Assembly (NCBI RefSeq): GCF_018350175.1
Contig: NC_058368.1
Coordinates: 92,506,001-92,570,000, forward strand
Direction of reading: 5' to 3'
DNA length: 64,000 nt
DNA from: Felis catus
Lineage: Eukaryota
Shown here: one piece after another, positions 23,945-36,996 of the stretch
How the letters are laid out: every line of letters starts with the position of its first letter
How positions within the stretch are numbered: the stretch's first letter is position 1
Notes under the pieces: generated by a model
Seen by the model: the letters and a program-made list of their open reading frames with translations, nothing else
What the model was told of the DNA's origin: nothing
Database searches by the model: none
Translations under genes and position numbers: made by a program

Positions 23945-26156
23945 GAATCTGTGGAATCAGGAAGTGTGTATCTTTTGTTTGAGAAGGAAACCATGCGGTG
24001 AAGTTGTGTCAAGTCTTTTATTTGGCTCTGGGTAGAAGTGGCTTTCGGGTACCGAGGTTTGCGAGGGAAGCAATCACCTTGGACTAAATTACTTTGTGTA
24101 TTCAGGTAGTGTGTTTTCAATTACCTTTCTGATAAGAATGGGGAAGGTTGAAGAGTGTCTTTGACTTAGCGAGCTAAACCCAGACTCACATTAATTGATT
24201 AATTAGGCTGAAAGGGCCTTAGATAAGATTAAATTGGTCCCTTATCATAAAGTAGAGACTTTCTCCGTGGTCTCTTCCTGACATTCAGTGCAAAGAAGTC
24301 AAGACTCTTAAGGTCAGATTGTTTTATTAAAGCAACTGGACCTATCGTAACTAGAGAGTGTAGCCCCTTAGCCCCAAGGCTTATCTTTAATCCCAAAGTT
24401 TGTAGAACGTATTATATTTACTTGACATAATAATATGTGTTTACAAGAAGGACTCGTATAATTTCAGAAAATATAGATGCCATATTTTGTGTAGGGTGTA
24501 AATGACCTGCCTCTCTAGATTTTTTCTCTTTCCCTTCTTTGTTCTCCTAATACACACTATAGTCCATAGAACTCTGGGAGGGGAGAAATCGGTTATGCTT
24601 GCTCCTCTCCCCCGCAGCTGCTGGCATTGGAATAAAGATGCCCCCGGCTGTTTCTGATTCAAGTCCAACGCAAAGCTTTGTTTCTTCCGAATCCTCACGT
24701 TAGGCACACGGCAGGTGTTCAAGTCATACCTGTTGATTAACTGACTTGTTATTGATAGACTGTCTTTAATAAGGAACCTGGAGACCAGTAGGCATTTTCC
24801 TTTGGTGTTTTACATGAGACTATGCCCGGCCCTGCATATGGGATAATCATCCCTGCTGGACACAGACTCTGAAGCATGTGGTGAGGATACAATTTCTTGC
24901 CCCCAGAAGTGTCCTGGGTAAGTTTCCAAGGTTCTAATTAAACTCTCTTTTTCTGGGTTTAAATTAAAGCGAATGAAATGCAGGCAGTGAAAAAACACTG
25001 AAGCATTATTACCTTACTGGCCTCAAAAACAACAACAACAACAACAACAACCTGAAATTGTAGCCAATAATCTTATGAAAAAGAATGTCATTGAAACAGA
25101 GGATGCTGCTGCTTCTGCTCTCCAGGTTCTTGTTTGTTTCCTTTACTGGTGACAATTTGGTGTGGCCTGGAGTTGCCTTTGACAGCAGGATCCTTCAGGG
25201 CAGCAGGGTATTGTGTGACTTGTTTTGTCCAAGAGCTATTCTATCCCCAGGAAGACTGACAGCAAATAGGGTTCTATCTGAATAACAAGTAGGGGGCGGG
25301 TGACAGGCTGATATTGTTCAGAATTTCTACAGTAACCAGTCAATCGGCTGTACCTTGGGGTCTGCTCCACCTACAGTAAAACATTTAGGAAAACTGCAGA
25401 AGCCCTGATCCTTGTCCAAATGGAGCAGAAAAGCTTGATTCCAGAAGTGGCAGGCAGTTAAAAAAAATTCTCCCCAAAGCTGTGCCTTTCTGAATGAAGT
25501 GCAAATGCAACAGTGGCTGGTGTCCATTACCGAAATGGCGATGTGAAGAAATCAATTTCTGTTTAGAAGACCTTTTCCTTTTAGATTTTCAAAGTCCAAC
25601 CTGGGAAATAAAGAAGTACTTCTTTGTCTTCGAGAGCTAGATGTGGCAGTGTGTTAGGTTGTAAACCCAGGGAGAGATACTTCGTTGAATTGAGTGGCAA
25701 TAAAGGGGACTTATTTGAAGTTAATGAGATGTAAATGACTTGAAATCACATGTATGTGAAATCTGTGTGTATACGTGATTTCCTATATACGTGATATACA
25801 CATGATAGCATATACATGTGAAATATATATCTGGTTGCGATGGAGAAGCAGGGCACTGGGTGAGGACAGTGTGCCGCTGGATGGGGGCAAAGGACAGCTG
25901 CTGATGAATGTCACCTGTTTGACACCATGGATTAGGAATACTAGCCATCAGAAGGGCAGTGACCCTGTGTCTTTTCGCCATTTCCTGATGTTCTTTGTGA
26001 ATGCCCTATGCAGCAAGAAGCTTCTGAGAGTCAGACTCTTGACAGGCAGAGGAATGAGTGGAGGAGCCCCAGGGAATGTTTGGCATGGGAAAGAAAGGGG
26101 AAATCATTGGTCATATCCTGTATCCAGGAAAACTTCTCCTAAGGCAAGGTGATGAA

Positions 26157-26158
26157 TT

Positions 26159-26208
<50 letters not shown>

Positions 26209-26282
26209 CTTCCCCCTTCCCCTTCCTCTTTCTTTCTTCTCTTCTCTTCTCTTCTCTTCTCTTCTCTTCTCTCTCGCTCTCT
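26157..26282. repeat. Compound pyrimidine microsatellite (TTTC)n/(TTCCCC)n/(TCTTC)n
   Basis: Seen directly in the sequence. Confidence 0.95.
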
Positions 26283-27569
26283 TTTTTTGGGGTGGGTAGA
26301 AAGCATTCATGTAAACAATACAGGGGAAAGAAAGCAAAAAGTAGAAATCTTTGTAAAAAGTTTCATCACCCAGATAAAAGCACTATTTGCTTTTTGTACA
26401 GCAGGAGATATGAAAGCCTGTTTATTTGCTGGGATTGAGCCAGTAGAGAGGGAAACCTTGATGATGTGACAGAGAGGGGGCAATCTCTAGTGCTTTGTCC
26501 TTGAGCAGGCGAGAAAAGATGGGATCTAGTTTACAGCTGAATGAATTTGCCATCACTCAGGGTGTGTGGACAGTTCCAGCTACAGAGAAGGAGGGTGTGT
26601 TAGGGTAATAACTATTAGGTACAGTAAAATAATGGTTCATGTAGTTCTCCTTCATATCACAGAGCAGAGCAGGTCTGGCTTCTCTTCTAGGCTGTCCCCC
26701 TCTAAATGGTGCTTCCAGAAATGGAGCTCCTGCCATGGTGTGGCTCTGCCCTACAGGGATCCTTTATTCCCAACCCTGCAAGGGAGATAGAGTCAAGAAT
26801 CTCAATGGAGATTTTAGGGGCCAGGTATGGAAATGGCTTGTGTTCCTTTGGCTGCTATTCATGCCCTACCCCAATGGCAAGGAAGGCTGGAAAATGTAGT
26901 CTTCTGTGTTTTCAGGAACAAAAGAGAGAATTAATGAGCTTCCAGCCAGGCTCTGTCATAGGAAGGAAGGCAGGGCATCATCCAGATGCCAGTGAATTTT
27001 GTTGTTGTTGTTGTTAGTTAATATGATTGTGGGAATGAGTGGAAGTTCTTTCCACTTCTTAGTGCAATGGGAAGTAAGGGGGTAGGGAGGCAGAAGCGTT
27101 GAAGGTTGGAGGAAAGAGAGAATGGTGTAAAATGCTAAAGGAAATGAGTGTAATACCTCTGAGGGAATGGTCAGTGGGTGAGCACAGGGGTTCGGCTTGT
27201 GGCTGATGTTGGTTGGCAGGGTTAGTAGTAGGGAGATGGGGCAGAGAGAGGAAGAGAGGGAGAGAGTGCAGAGCACTGACCCCCCAATCCCGTCCCCGCA
27301 GTGCAGGCCTCAAACTCAGGGACCTTAAGATCATGACCTGAGCTGAAGTTGGATGCTTAATCAACTAAGTCACCCAGGGACCTCTGTGTCTCTCACTTTT
27401 CTGACAGCTTTGGCCTTTGGATAGTACCAGTTGCTGCTTCATTTCTGCCTCCTAAACATCACACACGTTCCTTTTTGGTCAAACTCTAACCAGCAGCCCT
27501 GGAGACAATGGAATTCTGGGAAGTATAGTTCCTCGCCTCAGTCAAGGTGACAAAAGCCCACTCCAAAGC

Positions 27570-27762
27570 CTACTTTATTTTTCACCAGAGTGTGTACCTA
27601 TCACTTTCTGAAATGTTGTATATGTACTTTCTTTGTTTTGTTTTGTTTTCTTGTTATTATAAAATTTAACTCTGTGAAGATCCTGGTTTGCTTTGTCTCC
27701 TGTTATTATCCTCAGCACCTAGAGCAATGTCTGGCATAGAGAATATTTGTTGAGTGAATGCA
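27570..27762 (+). mobile_element. L2 3' end
   Basis: CCTCAGCACCTAGAGCAATGTCTGGCATAGAGAATATTTGTTGAGTGAATG. Confidence 0.65.
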
Positions 27763-28136
27763 TGGGTGTTTTGGGCATCCTTCCAGATGTCTTTCTATGT
27801 ATGTATACACATACATGAAAAGATATAGGAATTAAATTTTACAAAGATGGGCTCACACTCTACATTTACAGTTCTATAGTCTTTTTTTTTTCTTATCACA
27901 AAATCAGACCTATTTCAGTAACAATAACTATCTGTCACTATCACATTTTAAAAATTGTTATAAGAACTCCTTCATGTCTATCACAACCTAACTAATGAAT
28001 TCCATTGAGTATAATTAATTGACCCCTGATTGGTAGACATTGTGTTAGCCTGGCTCTAGGTTGATAAAACAGTCTTGATGAAAAACACAGAAGGGTCTTG
28101 ATTGGATTCTTTGAAATTTAATAAATACGATATGAC

Positions 28137-28352
28137 TTTTTAAAAAATTTATTTATTTATTTTGAAAGAGAGTGAGAGCATGTGTTCTTGAGTGGGGGAG
28201 GGCCAGAGAGAGAGGGAGAGAGAAAATCCCAAGCAGGCTCCATGCTGTCAGCACGGAGCCTGACACGGGGCTCAAATTCATGAACCATGAGATCATGATC
28301 TGAACTGAAATCAACAGTTGGATGATTAACCGACTGAGCCACCCAGGCGCCT
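28137..28352 (-). mobile_element. CAN-SINE
   Basis: Reverse consensus; TSD-like TGACTTTTT. Confidence 0.88.
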
Positions 28353-29886
28353 TTGACTTTTTCCATATAATCTCGGAATCATGAATCTGTACCACTATAG
28401 CTTGGACTTTCCCCCAGCCATACAGTGCTCTTTAAGGGGCTATCTATGGGCTAGGGGTTAGGGTGGTAGGATGTGGGATATATTCACCAGAAGGTCCTTA
28501 TCAAACGGTAGAGTAGGTGGAGAAGATAGGACAGCTTGTGTTGACTTAGCAATATGGTCTAAGGCCCATGAAACTCAAACCTTAGCATGGTCAATTTCAC
28601 AAGGTGTCAGATGCCGATGTACCTTATTCTTACAAATTTTCACCATTGCTCTGCTAACAAGATGTGAGAGGCATGGACCAGTAAAAGATGAAGCTTATGG
28701 CTTAAGTGGTTTGGAGTAACCACATGAAACCCAGTCTTACACAGTCCCCACTGGGGCTGAAGGCTGGAGGCTTCAATTGGGGAAGTGATTGTATAAGAAT
28801 GCTCAAGGAGGAAATAGGCAAAAGCCTCTGAATCCAGGCCCAGGAAAGTGCAGAGTCTCTCTGTCATGTAGAAAAATATCCTGAGCATCCTTGAAAATCA
28901 AAAACCATGAGCATCCTTGAAAATCAAGAATGCAAAACCTTTGCAATATATCCAAACCACATCGTCCTCACCACAGACCAATTAAATCAAGTCTCGGCCT
29001 TTGCGAAATCTGACACAGTGAGCATGAAATTTGCCACAGGTGGACACGTTTCTCCAATTTCCATCTGTGCTTTGAGTCAGGGGGTCAGGGGGTCTGTGAC
29101 TGCGTGAGGTGGGGGAGAGCAGTCTGGTGGTGGCGGCTTCAGGAGCAACCTGGCCAGAGAGTCTAGTTATCAGCGACCAGTCGGGACCTGCTGTCATTTA
29201 CAGCTGGCAAAGCGCGAGCTTGGTCTGCCGAATAGTGCAGAACAGAACCCCACAGCACGGCATGCCCCTGGGCTTGTGATGTGGCCACCGTTCACGTCAG
29301 TTTTGATGGTTTGGTCTCAGCCTGCATGCACTAATTAGCTCTCCTTTCTGCTGTCATACAGATGGCAGCTGCGGCTTCCGTTGGCAAATATTTCTAGCTA
29401 ATAATACACTATGTGTATAGTGCTTACCCCCTAGATGGAAGCCCCCAAGAGATCTCAGGAAGACGGTCTCGTTATGAATTTATAGAAATATGAGTATTTG
29501 TATGTTTCTCATGCAATTGTCCTAAGATTACAGTTTGTTTTGTTTTCCCTGAGAAAACTATGTTATAGTAAATATATATATAGGATCATCCATTTTTATA
29601 AAAACTAAGGTGGCCAAAGCTTAAAAGGTTACTAAATCTTGGTATGTTCTTAGAGAAAGGAATGGGATAAAGCATAATGTTGTTAACATTAGTATCTGGA
29701 GGTAGGAGTGGGAACGGGGCTGAGATGGGAGAGGGATAATGAGTAACAATTTTTGGATTGCGTTAATCACAAAGAGCACATTACTTTTGGAAAAGGGATT
29801 TCAGAAAAATCTCAAAATATATAATCAGAGGGATTTTTCAATCCCTTTTTGTTCAATGCACACTGAAATGGAAGGAGGGCTTCTTA

Positions 29887-30125
29887 TTTATTTATTTAAT
29901 GAAAAAAAATTTTAATGCTTATTTATTTTTGAGAGAGAGAGAGAGACAGACAGACAGAGCATGAGCAAGGGAGGGGCAGAGAGAGAGGGAGACACAGAAT
30001 CTGAAGCAGGCTCCAGGCTCTGAGCTGTCAGCACAGGGCCCACGAGGGCCTCAAACCCATGAACCATGAGATCATGACCTGAGCCAAAGTAGGATACTTA
30101 ACTGACTGAGCCACCCAGGTGCCCC
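29887..30125 (-). mobile_element. CAN-SINE
   Basis: Consensus; TSD GAAGGAGGGCTTCTTAT. Confidence 0.92.
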
Positions 30126-30156
30126 TGAAGGAGGGCTTCTTATAGAAAAAGATGTT

Positions 30157-30350
30157 AGGGGCACCTGGATGGCTCAGTTGATTAGGCATCCGACTCTAGA
30201 TTTTAGCTCAGGTCATGATCTCATGGGTCATGAGTTCAAGCCCCACATCAGGCTCCGTGCTGGCAGTGCAGAGCCTGCTTGGGATTCTCTCTCTCTTTCT
30301 CTCTGCCCCTTCCAGCTCTCTCTTGCTCTCTCAAAGTAAATAAACTTAAA
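30157..30350 (+). mobile_element. CAN-SINE
   Basis: Consensus; TSD-like GAAAAAGATGTT. Confidence 0.88.
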
Positions 30351-30439
30351 GAAGTCTAATCTTACAAAAAAAAAAAAAAAAGAAGGAAAAAGATGTTGGC
30401 ATCTTGCTATTGATATCATTACCAGATCTGCAGTATTTG

Positions 30440-31130
30440 TTCGTTCGTTCATTCATTCATTCATTCAGTCAGTGAATGTTAACTGAGCCATTTCCATGTC
30501 GCAAGTATTGTTCCAGGTGCTGGTATAGCAGCTAGTGGGCAGGGTCTCTGTCTTCTCTTGTGGTCAGTCAGATGTTACACAAATGAAATATATGTCTGGT
30601 ACTGTGGAATAGCAATGGGGAAAGCTAAAGCAGGGTATAGGGATAGGGAAGGGGGATGGTGGTCAGGGAAGACCTCACCAAGGTCTGCAGAGATTTAAAT
30701 CAAGCAAGGGAGTGACCCCTGGAAAGATGGGGGTGGGTAGGAAATAAAGATCCAGACAAAGGGAGCAATATGTTCAAAGAATAGCAGGAAGGCATGGGTG
30801 CCTGGGTGGCTCAGTGGGTTAAGTGTCTGGCTTCGGCTCAGGTTGTGATCTTGCAGTTCGTGGTTTCGAGCCCCAAATCGGGCTCTGTGCTGACAGCTCG
30901 GATCCTGGAGCCTGCTTTGGATCCTGGGTCTCCCTCTCTCTCTGCTCCTCCCCTGCTCACACTCTGTCTGTCTCTCTCAAAAATAAAATAAAAAACATAA
31001 AAATAGATAGATAGATAGATAGATACATAGATAGATAAAAGGATCAGTCTGCCTATTGTGTGAATAGGGGGACCAAAATAGAAGTCAAGGGTCATATAGG
31101 AGACTGTTTCATTAGACCAGACAAAAGGAT
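30440..31130 (-). mobile_element. L2 fragment interrupted by a SINE
   Basis: (TTCA)n...GTTAACTGAGCCATTTCCATGTCGCAAGTATTGTTCCAGGTGCTGG...GTGGTCAGGGAAGACCTCAC. Confidence 0.6.
30796..31002 (+). mobile_element. CAN-SINE followed by (GATA)n
   Basis: Consensus. Confidence 0.88.
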
Positions 31131-31292
31131 CTGGGAGACTGTTGATCTCTTTAACTTGCCGGCCAGTTCTTCATTGTTTTGGGACCTATTCTTTGTTGCT
31201 CTTGACCATGAGAAGAGCAAACCTCAAGAGTAGCCCCTATGAGATCATAGGTGTGGACAGATTGAAAGTATCACCACCGAAATGGATTGCCT

Positions 31293-32131
31293 GAGAGTCT
31301 GAGCCACTTGATCAAGTAATGTATTCTTGCATTTGGACCCACTCAAACCTGGTCTCCAGTGTGTCACTTTGGAATGCTCCCGTCCTTATGATCTGGTCTA
31401 TGAGACCACGCAGAGTTGTCAGTGGGCACTCAATTCGTGTAGTCAGTGGTATCCAGCGATCAGACCCACAGTTCCTACTGGGGACTCTTAGCTCTGCGGG
31501 AGCTCTTTGTCCACAGGTACATAGTTTTCTGCCGTCAGGGCATGCCCCTGTTCTAGAATCCCAGGGATTCGTACTGTCTCCTGCTGGGGCTTGCCGTACG
31601 CTATGCAGCAAATTCATTGGCCAGAGACCTCCTATACAGTCGCACCTGCTGGCACACACAGCCCAAAAGAATAGAACACCTGACCGCAGCTTAGATATGC
31701 TGTGGAGCTTCGTTTTGAACGGGACCCTACCGGAAACTGTAGCTTTTTGCTATCTGATTAATAAGTGGGGCTCATTTTTCAAAGTCCAGCATAAATGGCT
31801 TCCAAAGCCCAAAGAGCCCTAGGACGTGCTATGCCTTTTGCTTAGCGGTATAAGGTACAATAATCTGTCTTTTACTTTTGCTGGACCACTGAATCCCTGA
31901 AAACATCACTGATGTGGCAGTTCCCTGATGTCAGGTTTGCTGCCAGTCCTCTGCATGCGTCTGTCTCACTAGAGCATCTTGGGCACCTGTCATTGTCTGC
32001 TCGTCAAGTTCAGTTGGGGTGATGTTGTCAGTATAGTGAAACAGCATGATGTCCCGTAGCTTGTCAGGGTGGTGAATTCTTTAGACTATACTTCGGAGGA
32101 GCGTGGGAGTGTGAATATAGCCTAAGGTAAA
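31293..32131 (-). pseudogene. pol: Ancient ERVL (class III) pol fragment: RT core, connection and RNase H
   Basis: Manual minus-strand translation across frameshifts: LP*GYIHTP, DIMLFHYTDNI (cf. ERVL DITLVHYIDDI), QGTATSVMFSGIQW (cf. QGPSTSVKFLGVQW), PAKVKDRLLYL (cf. PSKVKDKLLHL), LGLFGLWK, SVRQAPAGDS (cf. SLWQAPIGES), AENYVP, LLDQVAQT. Confidence 0.85.
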
Positions 32132-33118
32132 AGAGGGATTAGGGAATACTTTCTTGGCAAAGTAAAGTTGGTCTTCGTACATTATTGGTGTGGACATCTT
32201 TGCAGAGGACATTATTATTATTCTGCCTTCCACAATCCTGATCCAACTGCTTCCTGTCAAGAGTATTCTATAGGTGAGGACTCTCCTCCTCCCAGCAAAT
32301 GTTGGTTAGTCTATCTACCAGAAAGATGGTCATCAGCATGATGACAAGCAGATTAATCTCGCTCAGTTGTCTTCTTCCCTTTCAGTAACTGGGATAGAAA
32401 TAGAAGATTTCTTCTATTCCTTCCTTCCCAGATTGATCAGCTTTATACCACGGGAACAAGAATCTGGGGAACTCAGTTGTCAACATCTTTCTGTTATATT
32501 TATCAGTCCTATTCTCTGTGAATCTCTTGACCTATCCATCAACTCTGTCCACCCATCCACCCATCCAGCCACGCATCCATCCATCCATCCATCCATCTAC
32601 TCATACTTCCACCCTTTAATTTGTACATCTGCATAAATTCATTCTGATGACTTATTTAAAATCATGGGCAGAAACTTTAGCTCAAATGTTAAGCATAAAC
32701 AATCCATAAAACTAAGTAAAAGTTATTTTCTAGGAGAGGTAGGTGAGAAGACAGAGAAGTTGAAAAGGGACAAGGGGGAGGTGAAGAACTCCATCCTGGG
32801 AGAGACTGGGAAAGTCAGGTCTAGTAGATTCCTGGCCATTGTTTTATGAGTCAAAATGCGCCCCTTGAAGGGGACAAAAGCAAGCCATCTAAGCAGAGCT
32901 GCTCCCCTGGGCATTCTGTCAGAAGCATCCCCCTCCTTTCCTGTGTGGCCATGAGAGTAGAGAACTCTCATTCTTTCCATGTAAGAACTTCCCAAACTGG
33001 GCTCGGTGTTCTCCCCTTCCCTCTACCCCCACCTCTCCTTTATTATTGTTGTCATTTACTAGGGAAATACAGATGTAGGGGAGGATGAATATCTCAACCT
33101 TAGTAAAAGCCTTTCCTC

Positions 33119-33325
33119 TGGGGGTGCCTGGGTGGCTCAGTCAGTTAAGTGTCTGATTCTTGGTTTCAGCTCAGGTCAAGACCTCACAGCTTGTGAGTTC
33201 GAGCCCTGCAGGACTCTGTGCTGACAGTGCGGAGTCTGCTTGGGATTCTCTCTCTTCCACTCTTTCTCTCTGCCCATCTCTCTCTCTCTCTCTCTCAAGT
33301 AAATAAATAAACTTAAAAATAAAAA
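33119..33325 (+). mobile_element. CAN-SINE
   Basis: Consensus; TSD-like TTTCCTCTGGG. Confidence 0.88.
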
Positions 33326-33416
33326 TATTTTCCTCTGGGTTTTGTTTCTGATTTTTTGCCAGTTTTCTTTGGGACAGTTTTTTATGAAAAGAGAAATAAG
33401 AACTTCAACAAGGGAC

Positions 33417-33449
33417 TTTATTTATTTCTTTAATGTTTTATTTATTTTT

Positions 33450-33481
<32 letters not shown>

Positions 33482-33633
33482 TAGAGAACACATGGGGGAG
33501 GGGCAGAGAGAGAGGGAGACACAGAATCTGAAGCAATTTCCAGGCTCAGATGAGGGGCTCAAACTCAGGAACTGTGAGATGGTGACTTGAGTCAAAGTCG
33601 GACCCTTAACCGACTGAGCCACCCAGGTGCCCC
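33417..33633 (-). mobile_element. CAN-SINE
   Basis: Consensus; TSD-like AAGGGACTTT. Confidence 0.88.
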
Positions 33634-33639
33634 AAGGGA

Positions 33640-33870
33640 CTTTGTTTTTAATTGAAGTACAGTTGATACACATTATTGTATTAGTGTCAAGTGTACAACA
33701 TAGTGATTCAACAATTCCATGCATTATGAAACACCATGATGCGCATAATGATCACCATCTGTCAACATACAAAGTTTTTACAATATTATTGACTATATTC
33801 CCCGTGCTGTACTTCTCATCCTTGTAACTGATTAATTTTATACCTGGAAATTTGTACCTCCTAATCCTTC
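33640..33870 (-). mobile_element. L1 3'UTR fragment
   Basis: ATTGAAGTACAGTTGATACAC...GTACAACATAGTGATTCAACAATT...TTGACTATATTCCCCGTGCTGTACTT. Confidence 0.8.
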
Positions 33871-34510
33871 AATATGGAACTTGGCAATTAAGACTTCACT
33901 TACTGGTCCCAGGCTCCCTTAAAAATTAACTTAAATGATGGGATATTTCAAACATGTTGAAAAGTCAAAGGAAAGAATATACATAGCATATACCCATCAC
34001 TAAGATTAAATGCATGTCAGACTGTTGATATATGTACTCAATGTTTCTCATTGTCTTTCATTTTTTAATTTGTAGGGAATAAAACATTACAATTGGGTTA
34101 AACCTAACCCCCACATCCTGTCTTCCTCCTACCCCAGAAGTGCATTTTTATCTTTTGCAAGTATGGTTTTTTATGCTTTTAGCACACATTTATGTATTTA
34201 TGAATACCATCCTGTTGCCACTTGCTTGCTGCATCCCACATTATGTGTTTGGTGTCTGTTCATGTTGATTCATGCAGCTCTCCTTTTAATTTTAATAGCT
34301 ACATAAAATTTCATTGTACAAATGAACTAGGCTATCTGTTGTCTGGTTCATTGACAGTTAAATTTTTCTAGTTTTTCTATTGTAAACAGCAGTGTAATGA
34401 GCATAAAGAGCCGGTTTCTTTGTGAATATTTGTGAGCATTTTTCCAGGATAGATGATAGGAGTAGATTTCTGTTCATTGTAGATCATAATGTATGTATAC
34501 ATGTGTCTCC

Positions 34511-34742
34511 CTATCTATGTATCTATCTACCCTTCCTTCCTTCCTTCCTTCCTTCCTTCCTTCCTTCCATCCTTCCATCCATCCATCCATCTCTCCTTCC
34601 TTCCTTCCTTCCTTCCTTCCTTCCTTCCTTCCATCTATCCTTCTATCCAGCCATCCAACCATCCATCCATCCATCCATCCATCTCTCCTTCCTTCCTTCT
34701 ATCTATCTATCTATCTATCTATCATCTATCTATCTATCTATC
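34511..34742. repeat. Compound tetranucleotide microsatellite (TTCC)n/(ATCC)n/(ATCT)n
   Basis: Seen directly in the sequence. Confidence 0.95.
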
Positions 34743-35716
34743 ATCATCTGCATATATCTTCAACTTGGTCAATTTGTCTTCAAAGGGGTTCAACCAATTT
34801 ACACCACTCACAAGATAAAGGAGTTGCTGTTACAGATCTCTTAAGTAGTTTGTGCCAAACTAGATACAGTGGTGAAGTAGGCCAGATTTGTCTACCAGCT
34901 GCAACTCTTTGGGAGAATTCTCCTTTTTTTGGCATCTCCACTTCTGAGGTGCCCAAAACACTCTGGGCTTGACTTTAGAAGTTGTACATATTGAAAACGT
35001 CTTACTTTCTCATATATCAGTCACTGGGTTTATTAGACATTTTAATGTTTTGCCACTTTGATGGATGTAAGTTGTATTTCATTTTGCTACTTTCATTCAT
35101 TTTAATAGCTGTACAGAATTTTCAATGAATAGAATTTCTCTAATTATTAGTGAGGTTAATCATTCTTTTATGTATTCAATGGCCGTTTGGATGTCCTCTT
35201 TTGTGATTTCCCAGTTCTTATTAATTATACATATTTTCCTCAGATTGTTTGCCTTTTTTCATAAGTTTTCATTTGGCATATGTATTATTAATATCTTCTC
35301 ACAGTCTGTGACTTGCCTTTTTACGTTGTGCTGCCTTTTGTAATAAAGTTGTTCATTTTAAGGTAGTTATATATATAATTTTCCTTATAAATTTGGCTTT
35401 TTGTGTTCTGTGTAGGAAATTAACTTATGAAGTCATAACGATATACCCCAAATTTTAGAGGTTTGCTTCTTGTAGTTAAGACAGTAACTTACATGCATGA
35501 GTTGGAGATCTACTTTTGTGTTTAATTATATGAATTACCAAAACTTTTGCCGCCACTTATTGAATAGTGTATTTTTTCACTGTTTGATTTGTAGTATCTA
35601 CTTTGTCATATGCCAGCTTCCATATGTGTATGAGCTCCCTGAGCCAGTATTACATTGCCTAAATTATAGTCTCATAGTAAGTTGATACTTATAGAAAGAG
35701 TCCTCATGTATTCTTT

Positions 35717-35938
35717 TGGCTGATGCTAGGGTGGCTCAGTTGGTTGAGTGTCCGACTCTTGATTTCAGTTCAGGTCATGATCCCAGGGTCATGGGATCAA
35801 GCCCTGCATCGGGCTCTGTGCTCAGCATGGAGCCTGCTTCAGATTCTCTCAATACCTCCCTCTGCCCCCCTTCCCTCCTCCCGTACTCTCTTTCTCTAAA
35901 AAACCAAAAAAAACCAAAAACAAACAAAAAAAAAAAAA
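35717..35938 (+). mobile_element. CAN-SINE (older type)
   Basis: GGGTGGCTCAGTTGGTTGAG...GGTCATGATCCCAGGGTCATGGGATC; A-rich tail. Confidence 0.85.
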
Positions 35939-36027
35939 CCAACCCACACAACAATTTTGGCTGTTGTTGGCCTACTGAGTGAGTTTGGGGATCAGCTTGT
36001 CAAGTTCTATAAAAGTTTGCTGGGACT

Positions 36028-36306
36028 CTAACTACAGAGAACAAACTGACGGTTGCCAGAGGGAAGAGGGGGATGGGCAAAGGGGGTGTGGCGGGGAGGG
36101 AGATACAAGCTTCCGGTTATGGAGTGAACAAGTCCTGAGGATAAAAGGTACAGCATAGGGAATATAGTCGATGGTTCTGTAATGGTGTTGTGATGATGGC
36201 AGATGATAGCCACACTTGTAGTGAACACAGCACAAGTATGGACTTGTCAAATCACTGTGTTGTACACCTGGAACTAATGTAACACTGTGTGTCAGCTGTA
36301 CCTTAA
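36028..36306 (+). mobile_element. L1 3'UTR fragment
   Basis: ACAGAGAACAAACTGACGGTTGCCAGAGGG...GGGAATATAGTC...GTACACCTGGAACTAATGTAACACTGTGTGTC. Confidence 0.8.
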
Positions 36307-36530
36307 TTTTTTTTTTAATTTTTTTAACGTTTTTATTTATTTTTGAGACAGAGAGAGACAGAGCATGAACGGGGGAGGGACAGAGAGAGAGGGAGACACA
36401 GAATCAGAAGCAGGCTCCAGGCTCTGAGCTATCAGCCCAGAGCCCGACGCGGGGCTCGAACTCATGGACGGTGAGATCGTGACCTGAGCTGAAGTCGGAT
36501 GCTCAACCGACTGAGCCACCCAGGCACCCC
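36307..36530 (-). mobile_element. CAN-SINE (young, CpG-rich)
   Basis: Near-consensus; TSD AGCTGTACCTTAATT. Confidence 0.93.
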
Positions 36531-36996
36531 AGCTGTACCTTAATTAAAAAAAAAAAACTCTTGAGAGTTTGATTGAAATTATACAGAATATATTAATGGA
36601 TTTTCTAATGTTGGTGACCCTTAAATTCCTGGGATAACCCCTGTTTCCCCCTGTTGTATTATTACTTTTCAGTATTGCTGTGTGCAGTCTACTAATGGCT
36701 TCTATAGGACGCTTACTTCTGTATTCATAAGTGATATTTGCCTTTTCCTTCTTTTTAAAAAATTTTTATTTTCTGTTTTACTTTAGAGACAAAGAGAGAG
36801 AGTGTGCATGTGAGCAGGGTAGGGACAAGGGGAGAGAGAGAAACTTCAGGAGGCTCTATATTCATCATGGATCCCAATGCTGGGCTCAATCCCACACCCC
36901 TCACCTTTTCCTTTTTACCCTAATCTGATTTGGGGATTAAGGTAAGAAAAGTCTCATTAAGTGAGTTGCAGAGATTTCCCCCTTTCCCCCTCATCT

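Larger units (their letters stand above)
33930..36990 (-). mobile_element. Highly decayed ancient L1M fragments interrupted by younger repeats
   Basis: T-rich sequence with antisense L1M-like motifs (TTTCTCTAATTATTAGTGAGGTTAATCATTC, GATCAGCTTGTCAAGTTC, ATTCCTGGGATAACCCC). Confidence 0.5.

Noticed and set aside
31319..31822. 167-aa plus-strand ORF as a host gene
   Set aside because: It is the antisense frame of a decayed ERVL pol and has no recognisable domain.
34422..34972. Long low-complexity ORFs (PSFL/PSIH repeats; also 26058-26469)
   Set aside because: Produced by stop-free microsatellites.
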